From a virus (taxonomy: Duplodnaviria; Caudoviricetes), in the IMG/VR virus record IMGVR_UViG_3300011258_000154, positions 1 through 50,366 of that record: a stretch of DNA of 50,366 bases; one strand, written 5' to 3'. A model generated the notes under the pieces. It had not been told where the DNA came from. It saw only the letters and a list, made by a program, of their open reading frames with translations, and ran no database searches. Positions within the stretch are counted from its first letter, which is position 1, and every line of letters begins with the position of its first letter. The position numbers were made by a program, and so were the translations under genes. Positions 35,845-42,794 of the stretch are shown piece by piece.

Positions 35845-38335
35845 CGTTCTTCATTGCCTCCATCTGTAGTTCAGCCGCATTTTTCTCTCGCTCTAACTGA
35901 ATATCAGCCGCGTTCTTCTCACGTTCTAACTGTAATTCAGCCTCTAGCTTCGCTACCTTAGCCTGTAGGTCAGCCTGAGCCTTCATCTGCTCGATTTGCA
36001 TGTCTTGCTGTGCTTCTGCCTGTTTAATCTGGATATTTGATTGCGCTTTAGCCTGATCCGCTTGTATTTGCGATTGAGTTCTAGCTTTTAATGCCTCAGT
36101 CTCTAATTGTGCAAGCTGTTGCGCGTACTGTAGTGGATTACCCTGTTGCTGACCTTGTTGCATAGCCGCTTGCAGAGCAGGAATTGGTTGCATTTGAGGC
36201 GATGCCTGAACAACTTGAGCCGCCCTCTGGCTAATCAACCTGTCTAAATCAGGGTTTACATCCTCAAATTTAAAGTCTGGGTCTTTAAAGTCAGGCATTG
36301 GCGGCATTTCCATGCCAATACCAGCCTCCATTCGAACTCTGTAAAGTAACGCAATATGCTCCGCTATGTGAGCTACCAGTACAGGTTGGATTTGTGCCGC
36401 ACCTGGATTGCCGCCCAGAGATGGATCTTGCATAAACTGTAAGTGAACAGCAATGTGAGAATCGTGATCTTGCTCAGGAAACGCACGAATTGGCTTGCCG
36501 TACATCACCGACATGTTCTCATCGATCGGATCCATCTGGACAGCCTCCTCAGGCGGCTTCAGGATCTCATCAATGTTGGGAACTCGTATCGCCTCGTACA
36601 TCCGCTTGTATGCGCTGTATAAATCGTGGAATTGAGGTGCTGACTGAGCCATCTGTAAAATAGCCTGAGCCTGAGCAATCCTCTGTGCCGTTGAAAATAT
36701 GTTGGGGTCACTGACTGGGAGGATGTCAATGCGATCGTTGAAGTCTGCCGCGAATATCTGTTCGCTACTACCCGACAACGAAAATGTAAACGATTCGGGC
36801 AAGTTCTCTGCGTTTAGTTCAGCCAGTAGCTTGAACTCTTGCCCTTGAGCGTAATGCAACCTTTTGTGGATGGCCGAGAACGCTTTACTGCCTTGTTCTA
36901 TCAAAGCCACTGTGGAGCCTACAGGTGCATTAGGGTTTACATCCCCAACATTTAAATCCGCTGTACTCGCAAATCTCTGACCTGCCTGAACAATAAATCC
37001 AAGCAAATTAAAGAGCGACTGACTTGGCTCCTTAAATGGCAATGGCATTATCGCCTTGTTAACGTCATCAACTGTTGCGTCTAAATCTACGAACTCGCCA
37101 GGATTAACCTGAACTTCTCCACCCGAAACTCTTCCTCTTAACTTAAAGCCACCTTGCATATTCGCAAATGCCGCTGAATCAAGCAACGCCCTAAGTGAGC
37201 CTGTTGCCGCTTTTCCTAATCCACCGATCATGTGGTATAGGCCAAAACCATAAAAACCTAAACCTGGTAAAAACTTATAAGAGACAAACCAGTCTCTCCT
37301 GATCTTGCTTTCGTCATCCTCTCGCCAGTTTCTCCTGACACTCACAATCGACTGATTGTCGTAATCAATCGTAACAACGTATGGGAAGTGAACTTCGTTG
37401 TCCTCCTCCTCGTCATTGTCGTAATCGCTTACACCACTAAACTTCTCGTAGACATGCATCTCTAGCAACGTCACGATTTGATCTTGTGCGTCATCGCCAT
37501 ACTGGTCAACGCCCTCAATCTCGCCAATGGTATCTCCAGATGGATCTAAGTCACTGCCCTGATATTCAACAGGAAGATAATAGCCAGACTGAACGTATCG
37601 GTTATAATCGTTTTTCGGTAATCGAATTACTTGCGTGTACCGAGGTGATGTCGGTAAATCCTTGCTCTCTGGAGCCACAACAAAATCTTCTGCCTTTACA
37701 AACTGGGCGCACTGCCTGTCCATATTCGCATCCCACCAAACCTTCTTAAAGGTCTGACCGACCAAAGGTAGGTGGAATAGCATTTGATCTAAGTCTGGGA
37801 AATACTCAGGCATCTCCTGAGTAATCTGGTAATTCATAAATTCTCTGACGCGCCTTGACTGCTCTTCTAGCTCCTCATTAGGATCGCCAACAATAACAGT
37901 TTTCACTGGGCCGCCTGATGGGTATAACTCCGCAATCGCTCTGGCGTTAAACTGTGTTGCCGCCTCAGCGATCATCGGGTGGACAACTGTCGATAATCCA
38001 CGGGTCGCTCTCTCATCTTCTGATTCGTCTAAGCCACCGTCAGGGTCTACTGTCTTCAATCCCTCCTTGTATCGCTCCTCCCACTCAGATCTAGAATCTT
38101 TGTCAGTCTCGAAATACGAAATCAAAGTTTGCGCTTTTCGCATTAGATCTCGGTCGTCAATCACTTCTGCCAAGTTCGAATCAAAATCGTTTGGCGAATC
38201 TTCAATGCCAATGTCTAGATCTGGATCGCCAACTAAAACTTCTTCCTGTGAGATTTCTTCGACTTGCAGATCATCGGCTGGTGCGCCTTCTGCAAATGGT
38301 GCTAATTCATTAGTGAGAATTGGTGACCTAGCCAT
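35834..38335 (-). CDS. portal protein (P22-type, long Gln-rich barrel)
   Basis: 833 aa directly after TerL; SR.EWE, VVHPMIAEA, FMNYQIT, FKKVWWD, FLPGLGFYGFGL, AFPEQDHDSHI, coiled-coil C-terminus. Confidence 0.9.
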   Translation of the reverse strand: MARSPILTNELAPFAEGAPADDLQVEEISQEEVLVGDPDLDIGIEDSPNDFDSNLAEVIDDRDLMRKAQTLISYFETDKDSRSEWEERYKEGLKTVDPDGGLDESEDERATRGLSTVVHPMIAEAATQFNARAIAELYPSGGPVKTVIVGDPNEELEEQSRRVREFMNYQITQEMPEYFPDLDQMLFHLPLVGQTFKKVWWDANMDRQCAQFVKAEDFVVAPESKDLPTSPRYTQVIRLPKNDYNRYVQSGYYLPVEYQGSDLDPSGDTIGEIEGVDQYGDDAQDQIVTLLEMHVYEKFSGVSDYDNDEEEDNEVHFPYVVTIDYDNQSIVSVRRNWREDDESKIRRDWFVSYKFLPGLGFYGFGLYHMIGGLGKAATGSLRALLDSAAFANMQGGFKLRGRVSGGEVQVNPGEFVDLDATVDDVNKAIMPLPFKEPSQSLFNLLGFIVQAGQRFASTADLNVGDVNPNAPVGSTVALIEQGSKAFSAIHKRLHYAQGQEFKLLAELNAENLPESFTFSLSGSSEQIFAADFNDRIDILPVSDPNIFSTAQRIAQAQAILQMAQSAPQFHDLYSAYKRMYEAIRVPNIDEILKPPEEAVQMDPIDENMSVMYGKPIRAFPEQDHDSHIAVHLQFMQDPSLGGNPGAAQIQPVLVAHIAEHIALLYRVRMEAGIGMEMPPMPDFKDPDFKFEDVNPDLDRLISQRAAQVVQASPQMQPIPALQAAMQQGQQQGNPLQYAQQLAQLETEALKARTQSQIQADQAKAQSNIQIKQAEAQQDMQIEQMKAQADLQAKVAKLEAELQLEREKNAADIQLEREKNAAELQMEAMKNDGV

Positions 38336-39842
38336 ATAATGTCATCCTTCTTTGCTCAGTGTATTCATCATCTTCGTAATCATCAGTGTGGCCGACAAAC
38401 CAACCTTTTCGCAATCTTAGCCATGCTTGCGTACATGTGTCAACTATGTCGTCATTATCTCCAGCAGGAAATGCTGAACATATGTCAATTAAATCCTTAG
38501 CCCACTTTTTATCAAAAGGATAGTAAATTCTTCCATCTTCTAACAATGCGGAACTTGCGTGCGCCCTCGCTTGCTTATCTCGGTCAGGCAGGTATTCGAT
38601 AACAGGTATGCCAGCCATACGCAAATCTTGCAATAGAGATTGACCAGATGCCTTCTTTTCGATCAACACTGCGTCAGGCTCCCACTCGTAATATGAATCT
38701 TGGGCAATGCGTCTTAGGTCAGGATAGCTGACCCTATCGTACCACATATCTAGAACCATGATGTTCATCATGCCATCTTTCCTGAACACGCCCCAAGTCG
38801 TTCGAGCCGAGTAGTCTGCGGATTCTTTTGTGCTGAATGCCGTATCGTAGCTCTGAATAACGTACTCAATGTTTGTCGGTAGGTCTTGGCTCTCCCAAGG
38901 AACCCACCACTTGGCTTTTAAGATTCCACCACCCTTCGGTGCAGGACGTTGCTGTAGCTGACCCGCACTGGCGTAACTTCCAAGGCTCTTCTCCAGATTG
39001 TCGAGCGTTCTGCCGTCTATTCTTTCTGGCCAGAGCAAATCGCCTTCTTCTGTTCTCGGATCGTCAAAGCCTAATGAAGATACAGTCGGTGTTGGGTGGC
39101 CAACCTCATACCGAGCAGGCAAACACAAGTGATCCCATTCGTGGCCTAGATCGTTTGCCAAAATGTGGCCTGTCAAGTCATTCTCATGGACTCTCTGCAT
39201 GATAATGATAAATGCGCCTGTTCTGGGGTCGTTAAGCCGTGTTTGCATCGCCTGATCCCACCAATCAAGGACACCCTGTCTCACAAGTGAGCTTTCGCTC
39301 TCTCTGACGTTGTGTGGGTCGTCAATAATAATTATATCGCCACCCTCACCGGTTAACGCCCCATCAACCGATGTTGCAATCCTTGCGCCAGTCTTATCGT
39401 TCTCAAATCGTTGCTTTTGGTTTTGGTCAGATGTTAAATCAAACATTTCGCTAAAATGATCCTGATACCAGTTACTGTCGAGCAACCTTCGGCACTTAAC
39501 GCTATCTCTGATCGACAGAGAGCTTGCGTAAGACGCATAAAGGAACTTTTTGTCAGGTTGCTTCGTCCAAGTCCAAGCAGGCAGTGCTACGGCCACAGAA
39601 ATCGATTTCATATGTCTGGGAGGCACGTTTATGATCAGGCGTTTAATATCGCCCTCCACAACGGCCTGTAGGTGATCGGAAATGGCATCGATGTGCCAGT
39701 TGTTCACAAAAGGTTGAGCAGGCTCAATAGACGGCCAACTAGCCTTCGTAAACTCCCTCAATGATCTCCGATACTTCTCGGCCCTCACTTGCTCCAGTGT
39801 CAGATTGCTTAAATGCATTTTCAAGCTGTTCAAGTTGGTCAT
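38328..39842 (-). CDS. terL: terminase large subunit (start may be ATG 39818)
   Basis: RLIINVPPRHMKS Walker A variant, IIIIDDPH Walker B, IIIMQRVHENDL, QSYDTAF and DDIVD nuclease motifs. Confidence 0.95.
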   Translation of the reverse strand: MTNLNSLKMHLSNLTLEQVRAEKYRRSLREFTKASWPSIEPAQPFVNNWHIDAISDHLQAVVEGDIKRLIINVPPRHMKSISVAVALPAWTWTKQPDKKFLYASYASSLSIRDSVKCRRLLDSNWYQDHFSEMFDLTSDQNQKQRFENDKTGARIATSVDGALTGEGGDIIIIDDPHNVRESESSLVRQGVLDWWDQAMQTRLNDPRTGAFIIIMQRVHENDLTGHILANDLGHEWDHLCLPARYEVGHPTPTVSSLGFDDPRTEEGDLLWPERIDGRTLDNLEKSLGSYASAGQLQQRPAPKGGGILKAKWWVPWESQDLPTNIEYVIQSYDTAFSTKESADYSARTTWGVFRKDGMMNIMVLDMWYDRVSYPDLRRIAQDSYYEWEPDAVLIEKKASGQSLLQDLRMAGIPVIEYLPDRDKQARAHASSALLEDGRIYYPFDKKWAKDLIDICSAFPAGDNDDIVDTCTQAWLRLRKGWFVGHTDDYEDDEYTEQRRMTLYG

Positions 39843-40212
39843 TTGGAATCCTTGTTAAATCTATGACATGTCTCTGCTCAACAGTTGACTGAATTTCTTG
39901 TTTATCCACCCAACCTGCTCGGTTCTTCAGGTAGAAGATAATGGCAGTGTTATCTTTTTCCACAGTAGCATTTTCAAAGAGTGCATTGGTAACTTGATCA
40001 ATGCCACTGGCTTGCCCCCTTTTTATAGCTTCCGAAAATTCCGAATTTTCTGCTTGATGAAGCATGAAAGTTGACACTGAAACACCTAACATTCCAGCAC
40101 ACTGTTCCTTCGTTAAACCCTTAGCCATAAGGTTTTCTGTTTTACTTAGGACATCTTCGTTGATTTCGAACTTAGGTCTTCCCACTAATTTTTTAACTTT
40201 ATTCATTTTCAA
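39739..40212 (-). CDS. terS: terminase small subunit
   Basis: GRPK, HTH (GLTKEQCAGMLGVSVSTF), EFSEAIKRG, AIIFYLKNRAGWVD; overlaps terL. Confidence 0.88.
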   Translation of the reverse strand: MKMNKVKKLVGRPKFEINEDVLSKTENLMAKGLTKEQCAGMLGVSVSTFMLHQAENSEFSEAIKRGQASGIDQVTNALFENATVEKDNTAIIFYLKNRAGWVDKQEIQSTVEQRHVIDLTRIPNDQLEQLENAFKQSDTGASEGREVSEIIEGVYEG

Positions 40213-40254
40213 ACCTTTTGTTTAACCTTGTTTTCAATATACACATTATTTTGC

Positions 40255-40282
40255 AAAAAAAAAGCCCCACCGAAGTGAGGCT
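40255..40282 (-). terminator. rho-independent terminator closing the minus-strand early island
   Basis: AGCCTCAC-TTCG-GTGGGGCT followed by a T run. Confidence 0.9.
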
Positions 40283-40290
40283 GATTTTGT

Positions 40291-40434
40291 TTAAATTTTA
40301 TCTATTTCTATTATGTGATAATCTAAACTGAACATTGATTTAATTTTTTGTTTACTGTTAGCAAGAATTTTTAAATATGTGTAACTACCTTGAGTGTTAT
40401 TTTTTTCCAAAAGTATTACTAAAAATTTTTTCAT
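40291..40434 (-). CDS. 47-aa hypothetical early protein (not in ORF track)
   Basis: MKKFLVILLEKNNTQGSYTYLKILANSKQKIKSMFSLDYHIIEIDKI*; own promoter P4, GGGAGAAACAAA leader and terminator. Confidence 0.75.
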   Translation of the reverse strand: MKKFLVILLEKNNTQGSYTYLKILANSKQKIKSMFSLDYHIIEIDKI

Positions 40435-40462
40435 TTTGTTTCTCCCTTGTTTCTATACATTA

Positions 40463-40491
40463 TAGATAATAGCAATTACTAGCACTTTCAA
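40463..40491 (-). promoter_or_regulatory. early promoter-like element P4
   Basis: TTGAAA-GTGCTAGTAATTGCTAT-TATCTA; near-identical to P3. Confidence 0.7.
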
Positions 40492-41081
40492 GTGCTATTA
40501 ACTATTTTTTTAAATTCTTTTAATCTTTTTGTATTCAGTTCAATTACATTAAAATTAAATGACACGATTGTTTTTCTAATATCATTTTTTACCATAGGCG
40601 CACGGTGTGGTGTCATTGCAGGAAACATTACAACATCTCCTTCTGAAACTTCTGGTATTTTTAGCGAGTTATCCCACAACTCTGTAGGTGGAGCATTTAC
40701 AGGGTATTCCAAGTAATAAACACCTGTGTAATTTTCACTATGTACATGCCAACCGTGAATCGAATCTTTTAAATATTGTTGATACCAAATTGCTTTCAAC
40801 GCAATACCATTGTAGCCAATAAAGTGTGACATCTCAGCTAACTTATCAATCAGAGTAGGTAGTAATTGTTTCACCCAAGGTCTATCAAAATCTGAATGGT
40901 TTTCCCAATCTAGTTTAGATATGTTATTTTCTCCACCATCCTTAAAATCAAAAAGGTTTGGATCTTTTTCCTGATTTATTTTTTCTAATATTAATGGTTT
41001 ATAAAAATCATGTTCGGATAATCTATCACGGATATAATGATTTTGTATTGGCAATTTAAACATTACGTTGCTTCCTTCCAA
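40488..41081 (-). CDS. 2OG-Fe(II) oxygenase-like protein
   Basis: WYQQY..HGWHVH..TGVYY..EGDVVMFPA..HRA..KTIVSFN. Confidence 0.8.
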   Translation of the reverse strand: MEGSNVMFKLPIQNHYIRDRLSEHDFYKPLILEKINQEKDPNLFDFKDGGENNISKLDWENHSDFDRPWVKQLLPTLIDKLAEMSHFIGYNGIALKAIWYQQYLKDSIHGWHVHSENYTGVYYLEYPVNAPPTELWDNSLKIPEVSEGDVVMFPAMTPHRAPMVKNDIRKTIVSFNFNVIELNTKRLKEFKKIVNST

Positions 41082-41210
41082 TCATTTTTTAATGTAGAGC
41101 TGACCATTAAGGTAAGCCAGTTCAATCATGGTACGTTCAAGATCGGTTAATTTTTGACCTTTAAGTATTTTACACTCTTCAATAACTTCTTTTAATGTAT
41201 GTTTACTCAT
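41082..41210 (-). CDS. 42-aa hypothetical protein
   Basis: Start moved to MSKHTLKE after AAAGGAGG. Confidence 0.65.
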   Translation of the reverse strand: MSKHTLKEVIEECKILKGQKLTDLERTMIELAYLNGQLYIKK

Positions 41211-41220
41211 AATCCCTCCT

Positions 41221-41412
41221 TTATAATTTAATAAAATTAAGTGTACTTCCAAGTTCGTAATGAAAGTATTCATGCCCGACTTCTAGGCTCGACAAGGTAT
41301 CGATAACGTCGTCGGTAAGATCCCACGCATCAGATTCTTTGATTTCATCTAATGCAACAACCTCTGGCTTTGCATCTTCGTAACCTTCCAACCATTTCAC
41401 TAAGAATTTCAT
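41221..41412 (-). CDS. hypothetical acidic protein
   Basis: 63 aa; ATGA overlap with the upstream ORF. Confidence 0.7.
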   Translation of the reverse strand: MKFLVKWLEGYEDAKPEVVALDEIKESDAWDLTDDVIDTLSSLEVGHEYFHYELGSTLNFIKL

Positions 41413-41570
41413 TTCATATGCCTTTCCATTTGATTAAGGGTAAAAAGTAAATTCCACAATTTAGATTGCAGATAACTATTGTAGTCTGAATCACCCGACA
41501 ATCTTTCTGTTAATTCTACTATAAACTCTTTTTGTTCATTGAGCTTTTCTTTAGTGGTCATATTTTCCAT
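41409..41570 (-). CDS. 53-aa hypothetical early protein (not in ORF track)
   Basis: MENMTTKEKLNEQKEFIVELTERL...ERHMK*; follows the H4 leader. Confidence 0.75.
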   Translation of the reverse strand: MENMTTKEKLNEQKEFIVELTERLSGDSDYNSYLQSKLWNLLFTLNQMERHMK

Positions 41571-41609
41571 TTTGTTTCTCCCTTGATTGTGGGGAGCGCG
41601 AAGCTCCCC
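41568..41609 (-). promoter_or_regulatory. hairpin-leader element H4
   Basis: Minus strand GGGGAGC-TTCGC-GCTCCCC-ACAATCAA-GGGAGAAACAAA-ATG. Confidence 0.85.
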
Positions 41610-41616
41610 TGATTAA

Positions 41617-42006
41617 TTAAAAATAAGATGCGATTGCTTCTGGAACATCTGATTCGTTTAAACGACCTGATGATAAAGTTAATGCGACTGGCGCAATCTC
41701 TTCAGCTTCAAAATCAACCCAAGCATTTGAACCATAACGTGGATCTGTTGATGACCAATGATCTGATGTTAAACCTTCAGAACCTTCTGTCTTAACAAGA
41801 TCAGATACACAATTAATAAAACGATCTGCACTATCTTTATCGTCTGAACCAAAAGTATCTAGCACCCAACGACGACCTGACGTAGCTTCAGCAAGCACTT
41901 GCCACACTGTAACATAATTAGGCCGACCATCTTCGTCACAACCGTTAGCTTCATAAACCCAATCTCTAGCATAAAAAACTAGACCTTTTGCTTTAGTGAT
42001 TTCCAT
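41617..42006 (-). CDS. hypothetical early protein
   Basis: Start moved to MEITKAK after GGGAGAAACAAA; AE..SGRRW..HW...DPRYGS.AW. Confidence 0.75.
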   Translation of the reverse strand: MEITKAKGLVFYARDWVYEANGCDEDGRPNYVTVWQVLAEATSGRRWVLDTFGSDDKDSADRFINCVSDLVKTEGSEGLTSDHWSSTDPRYGSNAWVDFEAEEIAPVALTLSSGRLNESDVPEAIASYF

Positions 42007-42038
42007 TTTGTTTCTCCCTTGTTTGTTTCTATATATTA

Positions 42039-42067
42039 CAGATAATAGCAATTACTAGCATTGTCAA
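42039..42067 (-). promoter_or_regulatory. early promoter-like element P3
   Basis: TTGACA-ATGCTAGTAATTGCTAT-TATCTG. Confidence 0.7.
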
Positions 42068-42076
42068 GTGCTGAAC

Positions 42077-42114
42077 AAAAAAAAAGACCCCCAACTCAAT
42101 TTGAGTCAGGGGTC
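42077..42114 (-). terminator. rho-independent terminator of the replication operon / candidate sRNA
   Basis: GACCCCTGACTCAA-A-TTGAGTTGGGGGTC followed by T9. Confidence 0.88.
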
Positions 42115-42172
42115 AGTCACCCCCTAAGTTTTGGGAGAAACAAGCGTCATAGAGGCGACCAGACGCAGGGGG
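42077..42172 (-). ncRNA. candidate 3'UTR-derived antisense sRNA against the shared early-gene leader
   Basis: CCCCCT-[GCGTC..GACGC]-TTGTTTCTCCCAAAACTT-AGGGGG then terminator; unpaired segment is the reverse complement of GGGAGAAACAA. Confidence 0.55.
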
Positions 42173-42427
42173 TTAACTCACTTGATGGGCAAGGCATAAA
42201 TATGCGGCTCCATCCGTACTTGAATCTTTGCTTGGTTTATACGCTAATCTGCTAATTTTTAAAAGCGTCATCATTACACAGGCATCGTGTGGTGTTATTT
42301 CTACATCAAGGTATGCGCTCCACAGTTTCGCCAGTCTCTTAAAACTTTCTTCGGGTGGGCCGTATGAACTCTGACGATCTTCATCCACCAACTTCTGCGC
42401 TTCCTTTAATAATTCACTTGCCTTCAT
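42173..42427 (-). CDS. DUF6378-like small helical phage protein
   Basis: LLKEA..LV..DRQ..YGPPEESF.R.AKLWSAYL..MTLLKISR..D..DGAAY; start moved to ATG 42427 (GAGG RBS, ATGA overlap). Confidence 0.75.
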   Translation of the reverse strand: MKASELLKEAQKLVDEDRQSSYGPPEESFKRLAKLWSAYLDVEITPHDACVMMTLLKISRLAYKPSKDSSTDGAAYLCLAHQVS

Positions 42428-42630
42428 TTTCTTTTCCTCTTGTAGTAATCGTCTGGTAGGTGAGCGGCACAGAACCACATTCCAAATTGATTATCCATTA
42501 ATGAAACATCCAAACCGAAGGATGCATCAGTGTCGCCACACACTGAACAGGGATGCCAAAAGATCCTCGACCCTTCTGTACCTTTGACCTTCCTAAAGCG
42601 TGGCCTAATATCTGTCGTCTTACTTCCCAT
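42424..42630 (-). CDS. small zinc-binding protein
   Basis: HPCSVCG..ASFG..WFCAAH; GAGGA RBS. Confidence 0.7.
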   Translation of the reverse strand: MGSKTTDIRPRFRKVKGTEGSRIFWHPCSVCGDTDASFGLDVSLMDNQFGMWFCAAHLPDDYYKRKRK

Positions 42631-42652
42631 ATAATCCTCTTTTTTCGGTTCC

Positions 42653-42794
42653 CGTATGAAATAGGAATTATACTATATATAATTCCTATTCCTACGCCTC
42701 GTATGAACTAGCGTAGGAAAAGCGTATGAAACGTATGAAACGCATTCGTAAGTCATTGTTTTTATTACATTCGTGTTTTCATACGTTTTCATAC
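42653..42794. repeat. iteron/palindrome cluster A, probable replication origin
   Basis: CGTATGAA x4, CGTAGGAA variant, two inverted TTTTCATAC, 13-bp inverted repeat at 42660-42690, IHF-like site at 42749-42761; directly downstream of the primase-helicase. Confidence 0.8.
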
